Part shown: in pieces, positions 1 through 14,264 of the stretch
Numbering within the stretch: the stretch's first letter is position 1
Layout: every line of letters begins with the position of its first letter
Origin: Wallemia ichthyophaga EXF-994
Taxonomy: Eukaryota > Fungi > Basidiomycota
Assembly (NCBI RefSeq): GCF_000400465.1
Contig: NW_008806277.1
Span: 82,001-144,000 of the forward strand
DNA length: 62,000 nucleotides
Direction of reading: 5' to 3'
The notes under the pieces: generated by a model
The model's input: the letters and a program-made list of their open reading frames with translations, nothing else
What the model was told of the DNA's origin: nothing
Databases searched by the model: none
Made by a program: the position numbers and the translations under genes

Positions 1-1
1 C

Positions 2-2450
2 ATTGAGTTTTTCACTCAATCAGATTTCATACCAAAATTATCAAATATTCTCTCTTCAGAATACTCAAAAGATGCTCATTTAGCTGTTTCTGACTTGATG
101 AAAACTGTCATCACATTCTCTGCACCTTCTCCGCCTGCAGCCAATGGTGATAATCAAATTTATATTTCAAACAACTTGGCAAGACAGCTTGCAAGTGATG
201 ACCTGGTTAATAAGCTTATCAATTTTATCCTAGATGACGTTCCAGTTGGCAACAAAGTCGATAGCGGCGACATATCCACAAATCACCTTCCTGATTCTAT
301 TAATGACTCGAGTAATGAACCCAATAATGAGAAACTTGCATCAGTTACTTCTTCACTCATCTCCATCTTATCCATTTATATAGAACTCATTAGAAAAAAC
401 AATGCTGATTTCAGCGAACCGCATTTATTCCACACACTTAGAAACAAACTCATTACCATACAACAATCTCAGCATCAAGAGTCTATCAACAGCCTCAACG
501 AAGATGATACTAGTAGCGTGAGTAACATGAGTAACCTCAACGACGAACAGTTGTCTAAAAAGGAAGAAGAAAAGGAACAGTCTGACAAAGACACATTAGA
601 GGAAGCAATGAATCAAATGTCTCAATCTATCGGTATAGTACATTTAGGCTCGATATTGAAGGCTTTCACGAATAGATTGTCAGACTTTCAGAGCCTGCTC
701 AATCATCCGCGCAGCTACAAAGGCATGATCATGTCTTCAACTGGCCCTATCAAGCCTCTAACATTTGAGAGGTTCAGGATATGTGAACTTTATGCTGAGT
801 TGCTCCATTGTTCGAATATGGCCATCTTCAATAGACCAGCGTTTAACGGTCCACACTATGACGGCTACGGGAGGCTGATTGGTGGACTGGAAGCATTAAC
901 ACAGCTATCGCGAGCACTGTCAGATAGCGAGGAAACGGACGAAAATGAGGAAATGGAAGAGATACCCGTAGACGCACCTCATTCAGACTCCACTCATTCG
1001 GACTCTACACATCCACACACACCCCATACAGCAGAACGCTCTGAGAATACTCAACAACTACCACAATCAACGTCTAGTTTGTCCATACCTCACGCTCACA
1101 CTGACGATAACCAATCGACGCAACTCACTACAGGGGAGAGTCTTAAGAAAGCGTTGATAAACAACGGAATTCTTAAAACGCTCACAGACCTCTTTTTCGA
1201 GTACGCTAGCAATCCATTTCTGCACAACGTAGTCTACGACGTGATACTGCAGGTGCTGAATGCACCGTTGGAGCGTGGACTAAATATGGAAGTCGCAGTG
1301 TCTCTTTTTAACGATGCTCGCCTAATAGAGAAACTGTTGATTGGGCATGGCAAGGTGAAGGAGAGCGTTGAGAGGAAGACACCGACACCCGGCTACTCAG
1401 GACATGTGATGCTCATAGCGGATGAATGTCAGAAAGTGTTTGAAAAACACGACACGCTCTATGAACGCATCAAGACGTCCTTCCCACAAGACGAATGGGA
1501 CGCGTTTGTGCAAGGACCACTAAGAACTGTACAGAATCTGGAGAAGGAGCCGTTAGGAGGTATACGTCCGGATACTAACCCATTTGGTCAGTATGGTAAG
1601 GTTGAAGGAGACCAGGACGACAGTGATAGTGATGATGATATCGGTTTCATGAGTGCTGGATTCGGAAGCAGCTATCGAAGCCTGAGTGGACAGTCGCATG
1701 CCAATATCAATTTCGACGAGGATGACGATGACGATGACTCTTTCTTCAGCTCGTTTAGCTTCAAAGGTGCGCATCCGCAGTCGCAGTCGCAGTCGCAGTC
1801 GCAATCGCTGGATGAGGATGATATGAATGAAGTGGCTGGTGGAGGTGCACAAGTGAGTTCTTTACTTTTTTTTTGCTAAACAAAGATTGCTAAGCTTGGT
1901 ATAGCTCAGCAACTTTATGAACACAGATGACGATGAGTTTGGTGATTTCACCCAGGGCGGTATGGATGACGTCGATCCGTTCGGTATGCCGCACTGCAGC
2001 AGCTCTGGTAATCCATTCGGCGACAATTTTGCGCCTGCAGCTACACAAAACCTTACACCAGCAGACTGGTCGCGGGACTTTAAGGAGAGTGTAGACAGCG
2101 AAGGAGAAGGAGCTGCAGACATAGTCAGCACTATCACTATCCCTGATTTCGACGACGACGAACACACGGAACACTCAGAACACATGGAGGAAATGGATCA
2201 CCCAGAGCACTCGCAACACACTCAGAACATCAATGATGCCATTAAAGGTCTTAAGATAGGCAAAGTAGTTGATGAGCGCGAGGCGTCGTCGCAAGCTGAC
2301 CTCGACACTGGGGCGCCTCTAGGACCTGGCTCTAACGCGGCGGCGGAAGTGACGGACGAGTGTGTCAAGCGCGAAGTGGACGGCGTCGTAGTTGAGGCGC
2401 CGAAAGACGACATGGTGCTGATAGCCGAGGACAGTGCAAAGACGGAATGA
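2..2450 (+). CDS. SIT4/PP6 phosphatase-associated protein (SAPS family, Sap185/Sap190-like), 5'-truncated by the window edge
   Basis: Frame is open from base 2 (IEFFTQSDFIPKLS...). SAPS-type motifs SSLISILSIYIELIRKNNADF, PLTFERFRICELYAELLHCSNM, LFFEYASNPFLHNVVYD. Phase-0 intron 1853-1904 (GTGAGT...TAG) joins the 95..1879 and 1917..2450 frames. Confidence 0.9.
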
Positions 2451-2520
2451 GACGGGAGTATTGTAATATAAAATGTATACAAGATTCTGTGATAATCGGT
2501 AGTTGCCTTGACTAACAACC

Positions 2521-3360
2521 ATGACTTCAATATTTAAAGGCGCGACCCGGAGCAGCAACTCTGCGAATTCTATTAAGTCTATCAACTCGCTTCCACGCGC
2601 ACTTACCACCATCCCCACCAACACACCACGCCAGCGGCGCACAATCACCACATCTGCATTCATACTAGGCACGTCATGCGCACTAATCGGAGGATATGCG
2701 ATGGGTGCGCTGCGACCGCCGCACGCTCTCGCAATGCTCTACCCCGCACCTGCTCCTGGGCCGCCGTCGCCGCTGAGCGATGCTGGCCAATCGCACACGC
2801 TAGCGCTAGAAAAGGAGATACACCAACTGGCGCATGTTCAGGCCTTGAAGAGCGATAGTGATTGGTATGAGTCCCGTCCCTATGCAGCGATGGAGCAGAA
2901 CCGGGTAATAAACACACTCACAGCCGGCGCTCTCCGTTCACCGGGCCGGTTGGCTATAGCGCCGCTGGTACACGCACGTCACGATGACAGCGAGGCTGTG
3001 GTCACCCTCCATGTCGGCCGCGGGGTCTGCGGGCATGACGGTATCGTGCATGGCGGCCTAATCGCAACGCTGTTCGACGAAAGCCTCGCAAGAACTGCCC
3101 TTCTCTCGCTGCCGGGCAAGACTGGCGTAACTGCTACCCTCAATATCAGCTATAGAGTGCCCGTCAAGGCGGACCAGTTCGTCGTTATTAGGAGCACGCT
3201 CGAAAAGAGGGACGGCAGGAAGGCTTTTGTTAAGGCTGAGCTCTCGGATTTGTCAGGAAAGGCGCACGCTCAGGCTAATGCCCTCTTCATCGAGCCTAGG
3301 TGGTCCTTCTTGGCGGATAAAAAGAATATCAGGAAAGCGTTAGGCACAGAGAAGGCCTAG
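2521..3360 (+). CDS. Hotdog-fold acyl-CoA thioesterase (PaaI/THEM4-like), probably mitochondrial
   Basis: Motif CGHDGIVHGGLIATLFDESL, plus GVTATLNISYRVPV. Basic Ser/Thr-rich N-terminus followed by a hydrophobic segment. Confidence 0.85.
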   Translation: MTSIFKGATRSSNSANSIKSINSLPRALTTIPTNTPRQRRTITTSAFILGTSCALIGGYAMGALRPPHALAMLYPAPAPGPPSPLSDAGQSHTLALEKEIHQLAHVQALKSDSDWYESRPYAAMEQNRVINTLTAGALRSPGRLAIAPLVHARHDDSEAVVTLHVGRGVCGHDGIVHGGLIATLFDESLARTALLSLPGKTGVTATLNISYRVPVKADQFVVIRSTLEKRDGRKAFVKAELSDLSGKAHAQANALFIEPRWSFLADKKNIRKALGTEKA

Positions 3361-3725
3361 ATTAGTGTAGTTTTGGATTAGATTACGTGTTGCTCTTTTT
3401 TTTTGTTCATGCTTGCATATGTTGATGCTGATACTGGGCTGTATGCCTTTGATGTATGTATGCGTGCCTTTGATGTTTGGCTAGCTGTAGCGCTTCTTGC
3501 AGATTCTTTGAGCCATCATCAACCATCTTCTTTTTCGATTCTTGCAAATGACGAAGGTCTCAGAATTCAATGATATATATTAACGCCAACACAATAGAGA
3601 AAAGGAGCTCTTTTGATAAGTAAAACAAATCAAAGCTAGCACTTGAGCTTCCAGAAGAGTGAAAATATTCACGTGTGTATAAACCTTAATTGAAACATAT
3701 CTTTCACAGCTGCAACGACGATTCA

Positions 3726-4435
3726 ATGAATCTTCAATATCTACCACACGACATTATTGTTGAGATACTCAGCCACCTCAAAGAAGACGAGCATTATACG
3801 TTGCGATCGCTTTGCAGTGGTTTCCACAAGGCATTTCCATCGTCGGAAGAGCTGCTTCTCATAGAGCCAGCCTCCATGACCTGCTAGGACTCCCTCGACA
3901 ATACACGTCAAAATTTCCATAACAAAGTATCGAATGTAAAAGCGGAAAACTTCATTAGCTTGTTAAACAACGTCATTGAGAATCCATCTATCGAATATAA
4001 TAATGTATGTTACCTGAATTGATATAACAACCTTCACTGATAATTATACTAGATCTGCAACTATCAATTTCAACTTACACGAGAATGGTCCTTACAAGAA
4101 AATAGTGAAACTTTTGTCTCTACTTCCAAATTTGTGCAGACTCAAGATGATAACCGCAAAAATGTCGCTGAAAGCTCTGGATTTTCCACTTTGCTTCCAA
4201 AAATTGGAATTGATCTACATTTGGAATCCAGTCATGATGTCAAGTTGGGGGAATCTCCTTCCCAACTCTGAAATGGATTTGCTACGATGATAGGAAATTA
4301 AAAGTAGATAGTTTGAACATAACAGAGCTGGAACAGAGACTAGCAGTCACTTACAAGAATTCCTTACGGTTTCCTAATCGGTCTCTTAATCAAGAAGCTC
4401 GACCAATGCATGATGATTATAAAGCTAACTACTAG
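3726..4435 (+). pseudogene. Decayed F-box (possibly LRR) protein gene
   Basis: F-box-like start MNLQYLPHDIIVEILSHL. In-frame TAG at 3885-3887, after which the frame stays open to an intron-like segment 4005-4052 (GTATGT...TAG). Downstream coding-like fragments (IVKLLSLLPNLCRLKM) are in shifted frames. AT-rich. Confidence 0.55.
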
Positions 4436-4607
4436 TTCCATATGTCCATTTTATCACACATGCTGATTATACCAAAGGACTTTTGCTGCATTCTGATCAT
4501 GGTGATAGTCCTATCAACTTGTAAAGCAACCGTTGCATATCTTTAGTAAATTAATTGTAATCCCAATAATCTTAAAACAAAAACTAAACATATGAAAAAT
4601 GAACTAG

Positions 4608-6671
4608 TCAGCTCCACGGATTTAGCTCTCTGTAGTCATATAAAACACTATTGAGTGGTGTTTGAGTGGATGTAGATATCGTACTGTTATCATCTTGGTC
4701 ATCTTCATCGTCAATTTCGTATCTATTTTGATATGAATGGCTGTGGCCTGGTATATCCTCCTGCTCATGTTCATTATGCTCCTGATCCTGCTCATTATGG
4801 ACATTATGGACATTGGAGAGACTCTTACGCGTCTGCACGCTCTCCTTAGGCCGCTGGAGGTGAGCGGAAGCTGATGACGCCGACTTGGGCGAGAGGAGTC
4901 GACTAGCCGCGCTCCTTTTGTTTGCGAGAACCTGATCTTCCATATCACGTCTCAAACGCATCTCCTCCTCCCGCGATACGTCTATATGGGGGTAATTGTA
5001 GTCACCGTATGCTGTAGCGTAGTAAGTGTGAGTGTAAGAAATAGCGTCTAAAGACCATCTCCACTCACGCAGTCGCTTCGCCTCAGAATACAATTTATCC
5101 TCTTCAGCTGAAGTTTCTCCGAAACTACACGTCGAGAGGTCGTCGACTGGGCGCTTGCGTCTGCTCGCACTTAAGTTTGCGTTTGCATTTGCAGCTGGCG
5201 AGGAGGTATTGATAGAATTATAGCTGCTGTAGTGGTCGTTAGTCAACCCACTCACTCCTGCTCTATCGCCATCGCCATCGCCATTGCGCACACCGCCGAC
5301 CCAGTATTTCCGAGCACCGCCGCTGGCATAACGCAAACCAGCACCGAGGCGAGTATTGATGGCTCTGCCCTGATGAATCTTGTTCGCTGCGACAGGCTCG
5401 AACTGTCTATAGTCGAACCCGTCGCCCTTGAGCGTCTGGAGGGAATCGATGAAGACATCCTTCATAGCGAACGAGTCCCTGAATGCATATGCCAGCGGGA
5501 GTCGTGAGGAGAGATAAGCGGATTTTGACACATAGTCGCCGCTTGAGAAGGCGAATAGGTGGAGTATTGCGAACAGAGGCATTTCGAAACAGATGAGCAT
5601 ATCACCAATAGCTAGAGAGATATGCTCGTTATCTGTGTATGGTCCGACTAGTTACGCTCGCGTTAGCAAGTTGAGCGTGACAAAAGGAAAAAAAAAAAAC
5701 GCACGTCTCGGAATCGCCCCCACCGCCACAAGGAAGGACACAAGAAGACCTTGCCAAAAAGTGGCAAAAAGAATTCCCTTCACGCATATGAACTTGGGAA
5801 TGGGTCTGAAGCCGCGCAGGTCGTCGTGTACCGTCACCCAGAACATGGCGAGACAGTAGAGTGCAGTACAAATACTGACATTGTATATGAGCTGGACATA
5901 GGTATAACCGGCATTCCAGGCTATGTTTCCGTCATCGTACTTGTCTGTAAGCTTGAGGATGAGGGTAAGGATAGCGAGCAGAGGTTTCACCCAGGCGTAT
6001 TGGAGAATGCCTCTTTTGAGGAAGAGGAAGCTGTGTGCTTACGTGTGGGTGAGCAAAGAGATTTACGAAGCCAAGAAACCTACGATCAGAGACGTCCATT
6101 GAGTCCTGGAAGAAGGTGACCGGGAAAAGGTGCTTGGTGGGCTTGCGGCCGAGGAGAGAAATGATAAGCTGACGTTCACCGCCGCTGAGATGAGTCAGCG
6201 GACAATATTATTCAAAAGCGTCTACTTGCAGGTATTCAACCTGGTATCGGCGTCAGGCGTTAGACGTCATTGTTATCGGTGGAGTGAAACGGGTAAACTT
6301 ACGAGAAGATTAAAGAAACAGTAAATAACGAAAGCCTGTTATAATTAAATATAAACATGTAATCCCAATGTGCCCGACGCACCTCATAAAGATCCCTACC
6401 GACATCGATCCAATACGCAGCATCGAGCGAGAAGAGTGAAATTAGGGACGCGAGAGCGTAAACGGGCAGCCTTAAGAGGAGTGAGATGGGCATGCAACTA
6501 GCGCCACACGCACATGACCAATATCCTCACTGTAAATCTCTGCAGCAGCGGCATACGGTAATTGAGTAAATGCGTCTTAATACCAGCCAGGCTGATAATC
6601 GTGGCGAGCAGTGCAGAAAGCGTACACAGTACAAGGAGCACAGTGGGCAGTTGACTGCCAGATCCTGCCAT
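4608..6671 (-). CDS. TMEM184/OST-alpha (DUF300) family membrane protein, yeast Hfl1-like; multi-exon
   Basis: Exon fragments HLLNYRMPLLQRFTVRILVM, PVYALASLISLFS, YTYVQLIYNVSICTALYCL, LRGFRPIPKFICVKGILFATFWQG, LICFEMPLFAILHLFAFS. Start MAGSGSQ at 6671. Confidence 0.88.
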
Positions 6672-6758
6672 TCTAATCTCTATCTTCACGCTGATGACGG
6701 TATGAAACAAACAAGAAGGAAGAAAAATCAAATTATGTGTATGATACGCACAATCACG

Positions 6759-8073
<1,315 letters not shown>

Positions 8074-8161
8074 TGGTGGTGGTGGTGTAAGCGCAACTGA
8101 ATCTTAAATTTTTATAACTAATATCAGCAATAAATACGAGTTTACAATACATGCAGCCATT

Positions 8162-11100
8162 TCATCCAAATGTCTGCGTCCCGCGCTGGGTCCTGAGTGT
8201 TTTACTAGAGTTTGTTAGCGTGAGCGAATGGAAACGGCAACAAATTGACACACCTAATTCTCCAATCATCCTTGCCCTCAAATTTGTTGTAAAGCGGTTC
8301 TACCTTCTCCTCCCTTTTTCGTTTACTAATCTTATTAGAATCTGCAGTCTTGAAGAACGTAGGCGCGACCTCAGTGAGCCACTTGGGCTCTATCGTGATT
8401 ATCTCCCGCATATACTCCCTGCTAGTAAGAACGAGCTCGTGATATATAACCCACTCCGGGCTTCTGTTAAACAGCGAGCTAGATGGGTGTATAGCGACTG
8501 GTGTCCCTTCCACAAGAGTCTTATATCCCTCCGTAGGATCCTTCTTGGCAGCGTGTCTAAAGAAACCGGCTGTGATCGCTCTGCGCACCCTGTTGTAATT
8601 CTTTCCACAGCTAATCACCTCGTGATGGTATCTGTCCATGATCGCTACAAGCTGCTTGCGAACGTCTGCGGCACGCTTTATCGTTCGCGCCTGTATAAAG
8701 TTCTCGAAACACCATGGATTACTAAACCGACTCGCTTCCCATCCGTTGTACACGGCAAGCAGTGTGAGGTGGTCGCCTTCGGGTTGATGGAATTTCGCTT
8801 TCTTCGCGTCGGCTTGTTGTTGCTTTTCTTTCGGACGGTAAAACACATTTTGAGCTTCGAGCATCGCAACGATAGTTAGTATTTCTTTGCTGCATTCCAA
8901 GTCTACACTCGCGATCAACATCTTAGCTCGACTAGGATCCATTGGGAAATCAGCCATTTTGCGACCGAGGCGAGTAAGCAATCCTTCGTCATCTAGAGCC
9001 GATAGCGCATAGAGATTTTCTAGAGCTGTTATCATAGTCTGTGCTGGTGGTGGATCCATGAAATCGAACCCAAGGAGATCGTTAATACCCATTGCCTTGA
9101 GTTGGAGAATAGTATGGGATAAGTTCTGACGTTGAATATCGGGCACAGTGTTAGGAAGCATCTCATTCCTAAATGCCGCCTCTGTGTATAGTCTGTAACA
9201 TTTTCCTGGTCCAGTACGACCTGCTCTACCCGCTCTCTGCCTAGCCTGGGCCTGTGAGATGGGTGTAACGACCAGACTGTCCATACCGAGACGAGGATCG
9301 TAAGCATTCTGCTTGACGAAACCAGGATCAACGACGTAGTAGATACCGTCTATTGTGATAGATGTCTCTGCAATGTTGGTAGCAATGACAACCTTACGTG
9401 CGCCTGGAGGAGCCGGTTCGAAAATTCTGCTTTGCATCTCGGAAGGCAACGATGAATACACCGGGAGAATAATAAGCTCGGGGACTTGATTACCTAGCGC
9501 TTTCATACGTTCGTATAAGATTTCAGCAGCTGTATCGATTTCTTCTTGACCAGTAAGGAATAAAAGTATGTCTCCAGGTGGTTCAGACAGATGGATCTGC
9601 ATCACCGTAATTAACGAGGCTTCCATGTAGTCAGATTCAGGTTCCTTAGTGTACATGATCTCGTAGGGGAATGTACGACCTGGAATAGTGAAGATAGGGC
9701 ACCCATTGAAGTATGTAGAGAACTTTTCGGCATCGAGTGTTGCAGATGTGACGATAAATTTGAGATCAGGACGGCGTTTCATTGTTTCTGTATCTTGTTA
9801 GGTAATTTATTAAGAAGATAAAAATACTCACTCTTGAGCAAACCGAACAGGACATCGGTGGCGATAGTGCGTTCGTGAGCTTCGTCGAGAATAATGACAG
9901 AATAATTTCTCATATCAGGATCGACAAGACACTCCCTCTGGAGCATACCATCAGTCATGTACTTGATTCGCGTCTCAGGACCAGTGCAATCTTCGAATCT
10001 GATAGTGTAGCCGACTTCTTGACCAAGACGACAACCAACTTCCTCCGCTACTCTCTTACTAACGCTCATTGCAGCTACACGTCTTGGTTGGGTACAGCCA
10101 ATCTTACCGTACTCAGCGAAGCCTTCTTCTGCAAGATACTGAGTCATTTGGGTGGTCTTACCTGATCCAGTATCACCAACGACGACGAGTACTTGATTGT
10201 CTCTTACAGCCTGTACCAGCTGCTCCCTCAGCTTATATATTGGCAGCGAAGCTCTCTGTTCTTGGATAGTCTTGTCGGTAATTTTTCCGTATGTAGTTGC
10301 TTTGTTGAACGTTTTGGCCTTCCAGGCAGGTGCGGCAGACGCCTTAACGTTTTGGTCTTGAGCAAATTGCCTATCGCTTGGCTGTGCAAGCGGATCTTGC
10401 CATGCGGATTTGATGTCGTTTTGCTCCGAGTCTTTCTCTTCTTGAGCATCTTGTTGACGAATTTCTCTACGCTCTTTGGCCAAACCAGCGCCTGAGACGG
10501 CGGCTCTGTTCATGGATCCATCTGGAGCCTTGACGATACGCACGGGAGAAAGATCCAAACTAATCTTTGTCTGACCCTTTAAGAAGGAAGGTTCAACGTC
10601 GCGGACTTCGATGTCAACATCTTCGTCTAATTTATTTTGATTGCTACGAATGTTCATAGGGGCATCAAAATCGCGGTCAAGATCTGGGTAATCTGAGGGT
10701 TTTGCGGCGCCAGAAGCGATCAGTTGCTTAATTTCCCAGCGTTCTGGGGAAGTGTAGCGTTTTACGGAACCTCTATAATGATCATCTGGGAAGTGAGCAG
10801 AATGAGTGGAGTGGGTGGAGTGTTTTGAAGATTTAGAAGGTTTTGAAGATCTAGATGAGGATCCTTTACTTGGAGCAAGATGAGGACTGAGGTCATGACC
10901 ATTTGATTGATCAGCGTCTTTTAACGATAAAGACAATCGGTGACCATCAATGGACATGACCTTGACGTAAACGAGCTGATTTCGTCTGAGAAAATCGCGT
11001 GGGTTATTAACTCTACTGTTTGACATTGCGGAAACGTGTACTAAGCCATCAATTCTACTGTTGAAACCGTTTAAGCTGATGAAAGCACCGAAATCTTTGA

Positions 11101-11706
11101 TTGAGTTGACGGTACCTTGGTATATAGAGTAAACTTGAGGAGAAGAGTGGGTAGGAGTCATAGTGGTTGTAGAGGGAGAAGGATCAGGCTGTATTCTAGG
11201 TTTACTAATCTTATCAAAGGAATTGCTATCCGTCCAGTCTTGGTTTGGCTGTGATAAACCTGGGAATACTCTTTGCTGGTCTGGATTTGATTGTGGTTTT
11301 GATTTTGATTTATACTTTGGATGCATGGTAATGATAAGCCTATCGATGGTATTTATCGCAGATTCAGGAAACGAAGCCCCCATTTCATTCAGTTTGCTCT
11401 TGAAAGAGGCCAAGTCTTTCGATTGCTCGTGTATGCTGAGTATGAATTCTGCTAGGACCTGTGGGGGTCGTTAGCGGTGTTTTTGGGAGATCAAGAGAGA
11501 TGGCTGAGTAGAATGGGAGATAATATGTAAGGGATACATCTCCGGGGAGTCCTTTGACGACTCCGTGGACGCCGGAGAGATGAAGGAAAAAGACGAGGCA
11601 GCCACCACAAAAGACCCACCTTATCTTTAATACCAGTATAATTAAACAGCTCTTTTGTAATTTTCTGATTTAGATTTATAATTTCAAGATTTTCTAATTC
11701 GTCCAT
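8162..11706 (-). CDS. PRP22: Pre-mRNA splicing DEAH-box helicase Prp22/DHX8 (with S1 domain)
   Basis: Start [12 protein letters not shown] at 11706; S1 domain (KDFGAFI...GLVHVS); [29 protein letters not shown]. Introns about 11459-11619, 9788-9830 and about 8205-8252. Spliced C-terminus [17 protein letters not shown]. Confidence 0.97.
11537..11582 (-). other. Nested RNA hairpin inside the unusually long first intron of PRP22
   Basis: Transcribed strand CATCTCTCCGG-cgtccac-GGAGTC-gtcaaag-GACTCC-CCGGAGATG has two complementary stems. Confidence 0.6.
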
Positions 11707-11744
11707 CTTGATGCAGCTCCTGATGGTTTTGAACAAGAATCGCG

Positions 11745-14264
11745 ATGGCAGAAAGAGTTAAGAATCGCTTAAAACAAAAAACACAAAAGAAGAAGGATTT
11801 TGATTTTTCATTTAACAGCCACAGCCACGGCGACGGCGACGGCGACGACGATCAAGGTGTCAATCACGGTGATGACGCTATTACGCTCCCGAACAAGATT
11901 GAGCATTTGATACACGTAGATGGCCATATGAGTGGTCTCCCGCCTTCCTGGGCCAATCAACTCGCTCAATTGGGCTACTTTGGTGATCTAGATACGCCTG
12001 CTATTAACCAGCATAAGCAGCGGGGGAGCACGCAGCAAAGAGGGCAGCCGAAAAGGCACACAGACCATACACAGCATCCAGGGCGCTCAGGGCACTCAGG
12101 AACCACAGTTCACTCCCGCCAATCCCATCTAAGCATCCCTCAGCTCAACATCGCAGACCAAGACGAGGATTGGTCGAAAGGTGTACTCAAAGCACTCGAG
12201 CGATCTTCACTGGATGACTTCAAAGCAGCTCCTTCCAGACGGTCGTCAGCCGTGAACGTCGAGTCGGGTAAATCCACTCAACTCCACCGCAGGCCAGCCA
12301 CCACAGACACCAACCAACCGCGATACACCGTCCCGCGCTCTTTCGCAGCAGCCCAAGACCAATACCTATCAAACATAGCTATCCGCAAGGAAATAGACGC
12401 CAGCCACGGCATAAACGAGCCACACGCCGCTGATGTTTACGGTGGTATGGAAGAGGAGATTCTCGACTCTCCCCGCGATGTTGATGATGTGGGCGATGTG
12501 GACGTCACTCATTGGGCAATCCCCAACAGCCCCTCTGCCCTCTCTTTCCAACTTTCCCCGCTCCAGATCGATAACCACACCTTTGAGCTGTCTGAAAGCA
12601 CGACAACGCCCCCGCTAATCCCGGCGCACCTGCGCAACTCCGCGAAGCAGGTCGAGACGCGCAAACGTTCGCGATCCTCTCTGATAGCGCTTGATAAGAG
12701 TCGACATGTCTCGACGCTGTCTACACCAGGCTCTGTCGATGGTGATGGTGATGGTGATAACAATATTACAGCGACGTACATGCACGACATGCATGCTGCA
12801 CCCAACCTCGACGACATCGTCCAAGACGATAGCAGCAGTAGTAGTAGTGATGCTATTCATGGGATTGGTGTCATTCCTGGTGATGGCTCTAGACCTAGCC
12901 ATGCTCACAGTCTTAGTGACGATAGTACATTCTCCATCCTCGACGGCGTGCGTGGTGTCGACAATTTCAATGACCCCGACAGTCCTGACAATCATGGTCT
13001 CGGTATCGACGTATATGGTTTGACTAGAGGTGCACAGAGTGAAATAAACACGTTGAGCGCGTTGAACGCGTCGAACGCATCAAGCACATCAAACATTTCG
13101 AGCACTTCAAGCACTTCGACAGCGCGAGTGGGAGCGGAAGAGTCCGTCGCTGATCAACCCATAGCGTTCGATATCCCGCACGCACACCAGTCCAATCTAC
13201 AACTTAATTCGACTGCCACCACTTCCAACTCCAAATCCCCGGCGGATCTATACAAGACATTATCTCAAGACACGGAAGCGGACACAAAATACGCGCTCAC
13301 CCACCTCGTTCCCCTCGCCTCAACAGGCAGCGCCACTGATGCGTACCCACCTGCACAGCGCACGCTGATAGCAACAGGTTTAAGTGGTGATGTGTATGCA
13401 AGTGGGTGCGGAATGCGAGCGCTAAAGGTAGTCCGACGCACCACCGAATCGACACGGCTGCTCAACCTGCAGAACGAGCTATCAATAGTGCGATCAGTGC
13501 CTCACGAAGCCATTTTGCCCATACTGGAACTGTACGTGGGGGAAACGCCTCCACATGCCACGCTCGTCATGCCGCTCATGGCGCGCTCTCTCACTGATAT
13601 CCTTGCTTTGATGGAACACGGGCTAGTGCTGAGTGGAGGTCAAATCGCGCGTGTCGTACAAGATATCCTCTCTGCCCTCGCCGCTCTACATGCCCATCCC
13701 GATCATATCCTCCATCGCGATGTGCGCTCTGACACCATCATGCTGGCGAGCGATGGCAGGAGCGTGCTTACGGATTTCGCTAGCGCCACCCGCTCCCCAG
13801 ATGAGCATGGGTGCTCTGTCGGTGATGTCATATCTGCTCCTTTCTGGCTAGCTCCGGAGTTGTGTGCTGATGGTGGTCGCTATACGCACAAAAGCGATGT
13901 ATGGTCATTAAGTGAGTGCTGAGGACTATTGGAAAGAATCAAAGCATCTTACTCCCTTCTTATAGTCGCAACTACACACGAAATGGTCACCGGATTGCCG
14001 CCATACGCTGAGTATGACGAGTTGGCCTTGTTTCGGAAACTCGCGGGCGGGTTGCCTGATTTGCCCAACGAGGCTTGCAGCTCAGTGAGCGGCTTCATAA
14101 CAAGGAATGCAGTCGTCGATCCAGTCGCTCGGCCGTCGGCGAGGCAATTACTCGATAATGACCCCTTGGTTGGTCATGATAGCCAGGCTAACGTCGCAAA
14201 TAGAGAAGATATTGCCAGCTTATTAGTGCTTGCTAACCAGCTCGAAAGTGAGCCAACCTCATGA
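11745..14264 (+). CDS. STE20/PAK-like protein kinase with degenerate CRIB and degenerate catalytic motifs
   Basis: CRIB-like IEHLIHVDGHMSGLPPSWANQL; kinase motifs RALKVV, HRDVRSDTIML, TDFAS, PFWLAPE, DVWSL. Intron 13912-13965 joins the 13929..14264 frame. Confidence 0.8.
13050..13121 (+). repeat. Imperfect 9-nt tandem repeat (8 units) in coding sequence
   Basis: acgttgagc gcgttgaac gcgtcgaac gcatcaagc acatcaaac atttcgagc acttcaagc acttcgaca. Confidence 0.75.

Noticed and set aside
8151-8879. 242-aa ORF antisense to PRP22 (likewise 14679..15446, 18804..19454, 23058..23552, 54060..54629)
   Set aside because: These overlap well-supported genes on the opposite strand and look like shadow ORFs.
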